Positions 48,691 through 57,943 are shown, counted from the first letter of the stretch. The stretch is 64,000 nt of DNA from Polyangiaceae bacterium (GCA_044376115.1 JBILLK010000007.1:1-64000); one strand, 5' to 3'. Made by a program: numbers and translations. Notes: generated by a model not told the origin, from the sequence alone.

Positions 48691-49044
48691 AAAGCCTACA
48701 AAACAAGAGACTCTGAGCATTCGGAATGCTCAAACCCATGGTCGAGGGTGCCTTCGAGCATTCGGAATGCTCAAACCCATGGTCGAGGGTGCCTTCGAGC
48801 ATTCGGAATGCTCAAACCCATGGTCGAGGGTGCCTCTGAGCATTCGGAATGCTCAAACCCATGCTCAACAATCTCCCGCGAGCATTCGGAATGCTCAAAC
48901 CTATTGCCAGCAATCTCCGTGAGCATTCGGAATGCTCAAACCTATTGCCAGCAATCCTCCGTGAGCATTCGGAATGCTCAAACCTATTGCCAGCAATCTT
49001 CGCGAGCATTCGGAATGCTTTTGCTCTCTTGTTTACAAGGCTTT
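48691..49044. repeat. symmetric element: eight 17-bp palindromes GAGCATTC-G-GAATGCTC at 41-42 bp period between 20-bp imperfect terminal inverted repeats
   Basis: Palindromes start at 48715, 48756, 48797, 48838, 48880, 48921, 48963 and 49004 (the last ends TT). Termini 48691-48710 and 49025-49044 match 17/20 as inverted repeats. Confidence 0.95.
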
Positions 49045-49215
49045 TGTCTCAGCACACCCGCGTGACCGTGCGCGCACGAGCGCTGGCACCGGCACGAGCA
49101 ACGTGACGATTGTTGGGCGCTGCGCCGTGGCCACGCGAGGTCGGTCGGTGCAAGAAGTGACGACATCCGACGGTGCAAGACGTTAGGATCACGCTGTCCG
49201 GCAATAGGGCGACGG

Positions 49216-49470
49216 ATGCAGCGCGTGGGAACGCCAGAGCGGGGCTTGCGGAGATTGGAGATCTCGTTCTTATCGGGCGTTTTTCGTTCGGATTCGGGGT
49301 CACTCGGTCCCCCGCTCACGGATCCGTTGGTGCACCGCGCGCAGCAGCTCCTCGGGTATCCGTTGCCTCGGAGCTACATCGAGCTGCTTCGCATACAGAA
49401 CGGCGGCGCGGTTGCGTTGCCGGCAGTACCGACCGCGGAGAGGACAGCTTCGGGGCCGAGAATCTTGTGA
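49216..49470 (+). pseudogene. truncated SMI1/KNR4 (SUKH) immunity-type gene
   Basis: PLTDPLVHRAQQLLGYPLPRSYIELLRIQNGG is the SUKH N-terminal signature; the ORF ends shortly afterwards. Confidence 0.7.
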
Positions 49471-49685
49471 AAAGCGTCTACGTGCGGCTGCTCGGCGAGG
49501 GCACTTTCGTGTTTAGGCCAGCCCCAGCCGAGTTCCTGGAGCCCGACAAGGCCAGGCTGATGGCGCCGCCTGGCTACGATCCAGAAGATGAGGATTGGGA
49601 GTTCAAACCCGGATCGATCGTTCGAGTTGAGTTACGTCAGCTTGGAGGAGTAGATGCGTTCGTCGCTGTCGCGCGCGCGGAGTAG
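49467..49685 (+). CDS. small hypothetical protein (immunity-cluster type)
   Basis: GTGA-coupled start; VYVRLLGEGTFVFRP...YDPEDEDWEFKPGSIV looks like a compact globular protein. Confidence 0.65.
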   Translation: MKSVYVRLLGEGTFVFRPAPAEFLEPDKARLMAPPGYDPEDEDWEFKPGSIVRVELRQLGGVDAFVAVARAE

Positions 49686-49785
49686 CTCCCTTGTCCGCGC
49701 CAGTTGCGACTTCGGGGGCCCTGCGCAACTCACGAATTCCCGCACTAGGATGGGCTGATGCACCCGATCCTCGAGCCGGGGTGAA

Positions 49786-50163
49786 GTGATCGTTCGCTTT
49801 AGCGCGCAAACCGCCCCCCTATCCGAGCTCATCCGTCTGGGCCTCTCAATGAACCTGCTGCGGCCGGCTGTATTCACAGGCCTCAGGAAGCGTGGAGACG
49901 GCTTCTCATGCGAGGTCTCGAGTGACGATGACTGGGCGACTCACCTCTCAGAAATCCAGCGGTTCATTCGTGAGTTCGCGGAGGTGATTGCGCAAGCGCT
50001 TGGGGCCGATGCTTCGGTAACCGTGGATGTTGCAGTCGAACCCGAGGACAGGGAGCAGGGCCACGTCCTGGTTCTCGATTGGCCTCCGACCGTGCTTTCA
50101 ACCATCGCTTTGGCCGGCGTTCGGCTTGAAGTGTCGGTGTATCAAGGCAGTGAGCCCGTTTGA
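49786..50163 (+). CDS. hypothetical protein, DUF4279-like
   Basis: C-terminal PPTVLSTIALAGVRLEVSVY pattern; codon usage less GC-biased than flanking genes. Confidence 0.5.
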   Translation: MIVRFSAQTAPLSELIRLGLSMNLLRPAVFTGLRKRGDGFSCEVSSDDDWATHLSEIQRFIREFAEVIAQALGADASVTVDVAVEPEDREQGHVLVLDWPPTVLSTIALAGVRLEVSVYQGSEPV

Positions 50164-50454
50164 CAAAGAGTGCGCGCCGAAGCCTGCGTTCACGATCCTC
50201 GAGGTATTCCTGACTGCAACCGCGTGGGTTCCCGGGTTTGGAGGTTTGGTATGAGAGTGCGCGCCAAACAGGATCTGAAGCCCTAGCAACTTTCGCTCGG
50301 GTGCTTGAACGCCTTCGGTGCGAGGTGGCCCTGAGCGAGGGGAAGCAGGAGTAAGTCGAAGAAGTCGAACTGCTCGGCTCCAAGCTCAACCAGCCGGCGA
50401 CGGTCACGGTCTTTACCTCGGCCGGCCCCGCCCAGCGTGGAGCGGCCTGCTAGC

Positions 50455-50712
50455 CTTGCAAGGCCCCCGGCCCGCATCGAGACGCCCGGTGCGACACTGC
50501 GTCGAGTCTCGCCGTGACACTAGGCGATGCGTCGCATCCTGCTGGGCGTCGAGCCTACGGTCGGTGGGCGTCCAGCCACGGGCGCGACATTGCGCCGAGT
50601 CTCGCGCTGACAGCAGGCGATGTGTCGCATCTTGCAAGGCCCTCGGGCCGCATCGAGCCGCCCGGTGCGACATTGCGTCGAGTCTCGCCGTGACACTGGG
50701 CGATGTGTCGCA
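50455..50712. repeat. three 47-bp REP-like imperfect hairpins, two preceded by a shared 35-bp segment
   Basis: Cores (T/C)GCGACA...GTCGCA at 50490-50536, 50583-50629 and 50666-50712; CTTGCAAGGCCC...CGCCCGG at 50455-50489 and 50631-50665. Confidence 0.9.
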
Positions 50713-51011
50713 CGGATGGGCGAAGTGCACCTGGCTGCACCGTGCCCTGCGTCATCTGCTCTTCCCTGGAGTCGATGGCGATGGTCGTCGACGACGAGGC
50801 CGAGAGTTCCCAGTTCGCGGGCTTCCGGGGCTCCGAGCCGTGACCCTCGCCCTCGCGCGAAGAAAGCAGCAAGCCCACGGTTGCTTGGGGTGCGGGTATG
50901 CAGCTACGCTCTGGGTGAATTCTTTTCGCCGGGGCAACGACGGAAGCGCGAGGTGGGCTCGCGCATCACCGCTTGCTTTTTGAAGTCCTTGGCGATCGGA
51001 GGTCCCGCATT

Positions 51012-54000
51012 ATGACCCCCTCGAATAAGCCTCAGCGTCGTCGAAATTCTGGTCGCGCGAGCCGGCTGCCCTTGCTGCTTCTCGCTGGCATCACCGCTGC
51101 GCCCGCCTGCGGTAGCGGTGGGGGGGGTTGCGGCTGCGCTGGCGTTACGCCGCTACCCGGCGGCTTCGTCAATGAGGAGCGGATCGAAAACGCGGCGGCT
51201 GTACGCATCACCGAGTCCGGCTTCGATTTTCTTGAGGCCAACATCGGGACGCTGGCCGGCACGCTGCTGGGCGGCGGGGTAGACGGCGGGATTGTCGAGT
51301 TCCCGGTGCCGGAGTCACAGGGCTCCTTCAACGTAATCTTCACCGACGTTAACTACACCGTTTGCCCCGGTGGTGCCGACGCCAACGCCAACCCGCCCAA
51401 GTGCATTGCGGAGATTGATCTGGGCAACGCCGATCTGGCGATTCAGCCCAAAGCGCCGCACAACCTCGAGGTGAGCGGCGTGATCCCGTTCCGTCTGCAG
51501 AATCTGCCGTTTGAATCGGGCATCGGCGACATGGTCATCACGCTCAACGGCAACGACTCCTGCCCGGGCGAAAACCAGACGTATGCGCCGGTCAACGTCA
51601 CCATCGATATCTCGATCGAGACCGACACCGATCCGGCTCACGCCCGCCAGGGTTACTCGCGGGTGCGCATCAACGAGGTGGCGATTAGCGAATCCGACAT
51701 TGAGAACGCGATCAAGCTCAACTGCGATGGCTTCCTCGGTAGCATCGCCGACCTGCTCAAGGGCCTGATCGTTGGGCAGCTGTTCGGTGGTCTGCAAGAC
51801 ACGCTGGTCTCTTCGATCGAGGAGCAGCTCTGCCAAGCGGCGAACCCCGCCGTTGATCCGGCTTGCCCAACCGGCACCAACAACGTGGAGGGCATCTGTC
51901 GTTATGGCACCACCGCTGACGCCGACTGCGTGTCGATCGTGCTCGGCACCGATGGTCGCGCCAACCTCTCCGGCCTGCTCTCCGGCATCTCCCCCGGCAC
52001 CAAGGGCGGGATGGACTTCTTGCTCGCCGCTGGCGGTCCCTCCCAGCGCGACGACGGCAGCGGCTACACCTGGGGCGATCTCAACCCGACCAACAACGGC
52101 GCCACCCTCGGCATGATGGGCGGCGTGGAGCCCAACCCGATCTCCGGCTGCGTACCGATCTCGGAGCTGCCCCGCCCGAGCGGCCTACAAATCCCCAACG
52201 AGCTGATCGACGACAACCTGATCAACAACTGGCCCGGCAACGTGCCTGGCCCGCACCTCGGGCTCGGCGTTTCGGAGAGCTTCTTCAACTACGCGCTCTC
52301 CGGCATGTACAACTCCGGTCTGCTTTGCATCGGCCTGTCGACCGAGACCGTGGATCTGCTCAACAGCGGCACCCTCGGCCTCTTGGCCCAATCGCTGCGA
52401 GACCTCGGGATTCAGCAGGAGACCCAGCCGATCGCCATCGTGCTCAAGCCCAAGTCGCCGCCGCGTGTGACCTTCGGCAACGGCACCAACCTCACGACCG
52501 ATCCGCTGATCAACCTCGAGCTGAAAGACGCGGGCTTCGACTTCTACGTCTTCTCCTCCGACCGCTACGTCCGCTTCATGACCGCCACCTTCGACATCGG
52601 GGCGCCGGTCAACCTTACGGTCACGCCCGAGGGCCTCGTGCCGGTGTTGGACGAGCTCGTTATCGAGAACGGCGTGATCGAGAACAACGAGCTCCTGAAG
52701 GAAGATCCGGCCACGCTCGCAGCCTCGCTGCAGGGCCTGCTCTCCAGCCAAATCGGCGGTCTGCTCGGCAGCGGGCTACCGGCGCTGGACCTCAACGGCT
52801 CGCTCTCGAGCTTGGGTCTGCGGCTGGTCATTCCGGAGACGGTTGAAGGGCAGGGCTCGCCTGGTCTGCGCAAGCTGGAGAAGGCTGGGGAACGTTACCT
52901 CGGCATCTTCGGCGCGCTCGAAGTTGCACCGGCGATGCAGAACTCGATGATCACCAGCGTCGAGCTGGTGGACACCGAGATCGATCAGGCGGGTCTGCGC
53001 GGCGTCAGCATGACGCCGTCCAACGCGCCGAAGATCACGGTCTTGGCCGACGTGCTCGATGACTACGGTCAACCGGTCGAGCACCAAGTGCGCGTGGACG
53101 GCGGGATGTGGAAGCCGTGGACGCGCGATCGGTACTTGCACCTCACTGGCGATGAGCTCCGTATCGAGGGGCGCCACTTGGTCGAGGTGCGCAGCCGCAA
53201 CGTTGGGCAGCCGTACACCGTGGATGAAGAGCCCGCTTTCTTGGAGGTCTTGATCGACACCGTGGCTCCCGAAGTGAAGGTGACCGAGGACGAGAACGGC
53301 CGCATCAAGCTCGCCGCAGCAGACCTCGTTTCGGATGAAGAGGTCCTCGTTCGTTACCGCTTCGACGATGGGGAGTGGAGCAAGTGGATCAAGCAGAGCG
53401 CGCTCTCCGAGATCGAGACGCCCGAGTTTGCCGAGCAGATCGAGGTCGAGAGCAAGGATGAGTCGGGCAACCTCGGGACCGCGCAACAGGGCCTGATCCG
53501 CGGCCTACCGCGCGGCGACGGCGGTGGTTGTGGCTGCGCTGTACCTGGCGAGTCGAACCCGCGCTTCGGTGCTTCACTCGCGCTCGGTGCGCTGGCTGCC
53601 ATCCTGGCGATGGCGCGCAGGCGCAACCGCAAAGCGGCCGCTCCGGTGGCCGCCAAGCCCGCGGCTGCCAAACCTGTTGCTGCAAAGGCCGCTCGCAAGC
53701 TCAGCAGCCGCACCCTGCTGGCTTCGATCGGCTTGTTCGGCGTGATGAGCACCTTCGGTGGTTGCTCCTGCGACGAGTCGACCGAGACCGACCCGGACCC
53801 GACCGCCAAGTGTGAGGCCCCCGATTGCAAGACGCTGGAAGCGGGCCTGATCGGCTCGTACACCAGCGCCGCGCTCGACTCGAAGGGCACGCTCTGGGTC
53901 TCCGGTTACAACGAGGCCTTCTACGAATCGGCCTTCCCCAAGTACGGTGATCTCGCGGTGGGCCCGCTCGAGGGCGCAGCGGTCAACTGGACGGTGATCG

Positions 54001-55181
54001 ACGGCGTTCCGCAAACGCCCACCCCCGATCCGAAGAAGTTCAACGTGAAGGGCTTCCGCGGCGGGCAGACAGAGCCCGGTGAAGACGTCGGAATTTGGTC
54101 CAGCATCGCGATCGATCCGGCGACGGATCGGCCGGCGGTGGCCTACTTCGATCGCACCAACACTGCGCTCAAGTACGCTGAGTTCAACGGTACCGCGTGG
54201 GAGATCTCGGTGGTGGACAGCGCCCCCGACACCGACACCGGCCGCTACGCCAAGCTCGCCTTCATCAACGGCAAGCCGGTGATCGCCTACCAAGCGATCG
54301 AGTCGGCGGCCTCCGGCAAGATCACCTCCAAGGTGAAGCTCGCCACCGGCGCCAGCAACGGCTTCACGCTCGAGGACGTGGTGGTCAACGCCAACACGCC
54401 TTGTCGCAACGGCTTCTGCACCGGCGGCTCGGTGTGCGTCGCCGACGACGGCGTATGCGCCTCGCCCGGCAGCGGCTGCAACGCCTGCGCAGCCGACGAG
54501 ACCTGCGTGGACATCGGTGGGTCGGCGCAATGCAAGGTCGCCCTCACGTCGCAAAAGATCGAGCCCTTCCCGGTCGCGACAGGGCTCTACGTGGCGCTCG
54601 CCCCCGACGGCAACGGCGGCGTTGGCATCGCCTACTACGACCGCGTCGACGGCACCGTGAACGTGGTCAACAAGGGCGCTGATGGCTGGACGGTCACCGT
54701 CGTCGACGGCGGTCCGCAAGCCGACGGCACCTTCTCCGATACCGGCGTTGGCACCTCGCTCTTCATCGACGCCGACGGCACGTGGCACCTCGCCTATGTC
54801 GACGGCTACGCCGAGGCGCTCAAGTACGCCTCCTTCACCAACGGTACGCTCGACCGCGAAACGGTGGATGACGGCCTCGCGGTCAACAACGTCGCCTTCC
54901 CGGACGGCCAACACGTGATCGGGGATGACGCCAATGTGAGCGTGATTCAGGGCGTGATCACCGTCACCTACCAGGACGCTTCGAGCGGTGATCTGCGCAT
55001 CGCTGAGCGCAACCCCGGGGGAGACGGCTGGAACCAGCGCGTGCTCGAGACCGAGTACTTCGGTGGCTTCTTCTCGAAGCAGCTGCCGGACGGTCGCGTC
55101 GTTTCCTGGGGTCGGCGCATCGAGCCGGGCGCCGATGGCAACCCGATCAGCGTTGGCAACGTGACCGTCGTATCGCCCTGA
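51012..55181 (+). CDS. large surface protein: LBP/BPI-like region, Ig-like domains, internal MYXO-CTERM-like signal, second lipoprotein signal and beta-propeller-like domain
   Basis: AVRITESGFDFL and LGVSESFFNYAL...YNSGLL; GCGCAVPG + TM + RRRNRK; second hydrophobic segment ending FGGCSC. Confidence 0.8.
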   Translation: MTPSNKPQRRRNSGRASRLPLLLLAGITAAPACGSGGGGCGCAGVTPLPGGFVNEERIENAAAVRITESGFDFLEANIGTLAGTLLGGGVDGGIVEFPVPESQGSFNVIFTDVNYTVCPGGADANANPPKCIAEIDLGNADLAIQPKAPHNLEVSGVIPFRLQNLPFESGIGDMVITLNGNDSCPGENQTYAPVNVTIDISIETDTDPAHARQGYSRVRINEVAISESDIENAIKLNCDGFLGSIADLLKGLIVGQLFGGLQDTLVSSIEEQLCQAANPAVDPACPTGTNNVEGICRYGTTADADCVSIVLGTDGRANLSGLLSGISPGTKGGMDFLLAAGGPSQRDDGSGYTWGDLNPTNNGATLGMMGGVEPNPISGCVPISELPRPSGLQIPNELIDDNLINNWPGNVPGPHLGLGVSESFFNYALSGMYNSGLLCIGLSTETVDLLNSGTLGLLAQSLRDLGIQQETQPIAIVLKPKSPPRVTFGNGTNLTTDPLINLELKDAGFDFYVFSSDRYVRFMTATFDIGAPVNLTVTPEGLVPVLDELVIENGVIENNELLKEDPATLAASLQGLLSSQIGGLLGSGLPALDLNGSLSSLGLRLVIPETVEGQGSPGLRKLEKAGERYLGIFGALEVAPAMQNSMITSVELVDTEIDQAGLRGVSMTPSNAPKITVLADVLDDYGQPVEHQVRVDGGMWKPWTRDRYLHLTGDELRIEGRHLVEVRSRNVGQPYTVDEEPAFLEVLIDTVAPEVKVTEDENGRIKLAAADLVSDEEVLVRYRFDDGEWSKWIKQSALSEIETPEFAEQIEVESKDESGNLGTAQQGLIRGLPRGDGGGCGCAVPGESNPRFGASLALGALAAILAMARRRNRKAAAPVAAKPAAAKPVAAKAARKLSSRTLLASIGLFGVMSTFGGCSCDESTETDPDPTAKCEAPDCKTLEAGLIGSYTSAALDSKGTLWVSGYNEAFYESAFPKYGDLAVGPLEGAAVNWTVIDGVPQTPTPDPKKFNVKGFRGGQTEPGEDVGIWSSIAIDPATDRPAVAYFDRTNTALKYAEFNGTAWEISVVDSAPDTDTGRYAKLAFINGKPVIAYQAIESAASGKITSKVKLATGASNGFTLEDVVVNANTPCRNGFCTGGSVCVADDGVCASPGSGCNACAADETCVDIGGSAQCKVALTSQKIEPFPVATGLYVALAPDGNGGVGIAYYDRVDGTVNVVNKGADGWTVTVVDGGPQADGTFSDTGVGTSLFIDADGTWHLAYVDGYAEALKYASFTNGTLDRETVDDGLAVNNVAFPDGQHVIGDDANVSVIQGVITVTYQDASSGDLRIAERNPGGDGWNQRVLETEYFGGFFSKQLPDGRVVSWGRRIEPGADGNPISVGNVTVVSP

Positions 55182-55396
55182 TCGCCCTGAGCTAGCTCGC
55201 GACGCAACGCGCAAGCTTGCCACGCAGCGCGCTTCGCCCGCCCAGGTCCTCGAACCTGCGGCGGGCGAATCGTTTTCGAACGCCCGCGCAGACCGCTCGC
55301 ACGCCAACACGAACCGGGCCGCAGACCGACGCAAACTCGCTCGCAAGCCGACGCAAAAATTTGGCCCAGAACGGCGCCGAGGCGTACGGCAGGTGC

Positions 55397-55660
55397 ATGT
55401 CCACGAAGGTCGCCCTCGCCACGGAACTGCGCCGCGCACTCGGCGAGATGCTCGCTCTCCAGGCCCAGGGTGGTTTGCACCCCAAGCTGTCCAAGGCCCA
55501 AGGCTTTGTCGATGGCTACATGCGAGCCATGCTGGATTCACGCATGATGACGCAAGAAGAGATGCTCAAGCTCGTCGCTGAGGAGCGCGCCCGTGCGCGC
55601 GGCCCGTCGACGCGAGAGAGCGCTGGCGACGACTACGGCTTCAGCCGCGCCCTCGCCTGA
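55397..55660 (+). CDS. small hypothetical helical protein
   Basis: ATG preceded by AGG; AQGFVDGYMRAMLD...LVAEER; typical codon bias. Confidence 0.7.
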   Translation: MSTKVALATELRRALGEMLALQAQGGLHPKLSKAQGFVDGYMRAMLDSRMMTQEEMLKLVAEERARARGPSTRESAGDDYGFSRALA

Positions 55661-55686
55661 GTTGATGCAAGGTCGAGCAGCTCAGC

Positions 55687-56850
55687 TCACTTGAGCTGCT
55701 CGAGCGCCCTGTCGGCCGACGCCCGCGGGGCGTTGGCGATAGCGACCATCGCCCCCGACTTCGGCACGAACAGCATGCGACAGTGATCCGGCGTGCGCGC
55801 CGGCAAACGAGTGAGCGCGTAGTCGATGGCCAGGCCAACCAGCAGCACGGCGACGCCGAGCGACAAGAACTCGGGCGAACCAGCGCGAGCGCCGTCCATC
55901 ACCAGCCGAAGCCCGATGAAGCTACCGAGCAGCAGTGAGCCGATGCCCACGTACGTCGGCAGACCGGGGTAGCGCACCTCGCGCGCAGCGATCTGGAGAC
56001 CGGTGGCCGGGAGAAAAGTCTCCTGCTCACGCAGCGTCTTCCCGAGCAGCTCGACGCGCGACTTCACCGTGACGCCAGCCTTGTTGACCGAGATGCTGGC
56101 AGGCCGTTTGAGGCGCAGCGCCACACGTGCGAAGCCCGCTGCGAGCGCCCACACCGGCAACACGAAGGTCATCAACATGAGCACCGTCCACACGGGATGG
56201 CGCGGGGCCGACGTGCGCTCGGCGTCGAAGCCGACGGCCGGTCCACTCGGCGCGGTGGCGCCCTCCGAGCCGCGCAGCAGCGTGAGCAGCAGCGGATCGC
56301 GAACGGTGACACGGGCTCGCTCGAGCAGCTCCGCGCGGGCACTGCGCCCAAGGGCGAGCGCAGCAACCATCGCCGTTGGACGGTCCACCGTCACATCGCC
56401 GTCGTCGTAGCGGCGCGCCACATCGAGGAAGGCCTCGGAGAAGCGGTTGGCCCGCTCACCGCCGAGCGCGAGCAGCGGCAACACCGGATCAAACGGGCTG
56501 TGAGCCGAGACCCACAAGAGGGCGTGCGCAAGCCGTGCATCGGTTGAAGCTTCCGTGGAGGCCGCAGCCCCGAGCGCGCCCAAGGTCCCAACCAGCGTGC
56601 GCTCGGCGCCTGCAGCGGAGGTGCCTTTTTTCAGCGCGCGCAGCACGTTGCCGAAGGAAGTCTCCGCCGCGGCCTCTTCGACCCCAAGCCGCGCCGCAGC
56701 CTCCGAAATACCTTGGTCCAGCGTTGGTCTGCGCTCATCAAAAGCGGTAAGCATGAGCGTGACCACGAGCTTGCTGAGCGGCTCACGGATGGCGTGGGCG
56801 TCCATCTCTTTGATGACCCCCAACGCGCCGCGATCCAAAGCCTGAACCAT
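55687..56850 (-). CDS. hypothetical membrane protein
   Basis: Helical N-domain and three C-terminal TM segments. Confidence 0.7.
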   Translation of the reverse strand: MVQALDRGALGVIKEMDAHAIREPLSKLVVTLMLTAFDERRPTLDQGISEAAARLGVEEAAAETSFGNVLRALKKGTSAAGAERTLVGTLGALGAAASTEASTDARLAHALLWVSAHSPFDPVLPLLALGGERANRFSEAFLDVARRYDDGDVTVDRPTAMVAALALGRSARAELLERARVTVRDPLLLTLLRGSEGATAPSGPAVGFDAERTSAPRHPVWTVLMLMTFVLPVWALAAGFARVALRLKRPASISVNKAGVTVKSRVELLGKTLREQETFLPATGLQIAAREVRYPGLPTYVGIGSLLLGSFIGLRLVMDGARAGSPEFLSLGVAVLLVGLAIDYALTRLPARTPDHCRMLFVPKSGAMVAIANAPRASADRALEQLK

Positions 56851-56986
56851 GGCAGGTCTCTAGTTCGAGCGGCGCCGGAGCGGAAGCCCCGACGCACCCG
56901 CGGGGGCGCCGCCGTGACAGGGTACGTCCGCGGTCACTTGGCCGGAGGTGCGCGCCTGTGGAATCGGCTGTTATCCTGCGCGACCC

Positions 56987-57868
56987 ATGCTCCGAACCTC
57001 CACGATTCTCGCGCTGGTCTCGCTCGGCGCGGTGGCGTGCGCGAGGGACTCCGGGCCAGCGACTCTCGCGTCCGCCTCCGCGGCCTCGTCCGCGCCGTCC
57101 GCTTTCGCCGCTGACTCTGCGTCGGCCTCGGCGTCGCTAGCGCCCCCCGCGGCCTCGTCCGCTACGGGCGCGCCCAAGCTCACGCTCGCGCAGATCATGG
57201 CGGTCAAGATTCCCCCACCCAACCCCGGTCCGTGGGCGCGTGCGTATGACCAACTCGAGCGGCTGCTCGGTAAGCCCACCCACCTGGAGGACGGCAAATA
57301 CGGCTGGGGCGCGATGGATGGCACGAGCTGCGGCTACACCCGCCTCTTCAAGGGCAAGGATCCCTTGGGGGAGTACGTCTCTCATTTTGTCTACCCCACC
57401 AGGGCCGAAAAGGGGAGCGGCTATCAGTACGCCGAGTGCACGACCGTCGCTGGCGTTCCACCCGGTCCTCCCGAGGATCCGAACGCTTTGGCGCCTCCAG
57501 TCGACGGGAGTCCCGTGCCCGTCTCGACCTTCATGGCCAACGTCATCATCGGTCGCTCGAAATGGGACAAGCAGAAGGTGACGTTGGTGGGCAAGGGCAT
57601 GGGCAGTTTGACGAGGAGCACGCCCGCCAACCCCGAGCTCTACAGCGCAAAGGTCCTACTGACTGGCGACGACACCAACGCAGGAGGCCTCTATTGCACG
57701 CTCGCGAAAGGGGTCCGTGAGCCAGATCCTTCTGCCACCAGCGGCTCCATCATCGCAACAGGGACTGTCCAGATCAGCGAACTCGTCCAGCCCACAGGTG
57801 AACGCATCCTCGTCGCGGGCCTCGTCGATTGTGACTTCGACCGAGTCGGGGCTCCGAGCGGCAGGTGA
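56987..57868 (+). CDS. hypothetical lipoprotein with possible C-terminal OB-fold
   Basis: Lipobox AVAC, Ala/Ser linker, KWDKQKVTLVG...IIATGTV...LVDC. Confidence 0.65.
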   Translation: MLRTSTILALVSLGAVACARDSGPATLASASAASSAPSAFAADSASASASLAPPAASSATGAPKLTLAQIMAVKIPPPNPGPWARAYDQLERLLGKPTHLEDGKYGWGAMDGTSCGYTRLFKGKDPLGEYVSHFVYPTRAEKGSGYQYAECTTVAGVPPGPPEDPNALAPPVDGSPVPVSTFMANVIIGRSKWDKQKVTLVGKGMGSLTRSTPANPELYSAKVLLTGDDTNAGGLYCTLAKGVREPDPSATSGSIIATGTVQISELVQPTGERILVAGLVDCDFDRVGAPSGR

Positions 57869-57885
57869 TGCTGCTTTGGACCAAC

Positions 57886-57920
57886 AAAAACAGAACGCCC
57901 GCGGTTGGCCACGGGCGTTC
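57886..57920 (-). terminator. intrinsic terminator for the minus-strand lipoprotein gene (between convergent genes)
   Basis: Stem GAACGCCCG(T/C)GG spanning 57893-57920, followed on the minus strand by TGTTTTT. Confidence 0.75.
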
Positions 57921-57943
57921 GCTTCAAACCGGTGCGGCTTGCG

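Noticed and set aside
48715..49020. CRISPR array call for the palindrome repeats
   Set aside because: Beyond the 22-bp constant part the spacers are only 19-20 bp and are copies or variants of each other, not unique. The palindrome has a 1-nt centre, the element has inverted termini, and no cas genes are in the window.
49090..49190. Second attC-like site ending GTTAGGA
   Set aside because: No convincing RYYYAAC partner, and the inner pairing relies on many G-T wobbles.
48502..49319. ORFs running through the repeat array (48502-49065, 48647-48922, 48812-49009, 48849-49106, 48984-49319)
   Set aside because: The 41-bp period is not a multiple of three, so the same peptides (EHSECSN, SIRNAQT, AFGMLKP) cycle through all frames. 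These are translation artefacts of a DNA repeat.
43600..50900. Prophage, ICE or transposon as explanation for the variable island
   Set aside because: No integrase, transposase, phage structural gene, tRNA target or flanking direct repeat was recognised.
53574..55541. 655-aa minus-strand ORF (likewise 2812-4428, 14418-15797, 15790-17349, 27270-28745, 30195-31904, 39949-41625)
   Set aside because: Each lies antisense to a motif-supported gene and has the Arg/Ala/Gly-rich composition of shadow frames.
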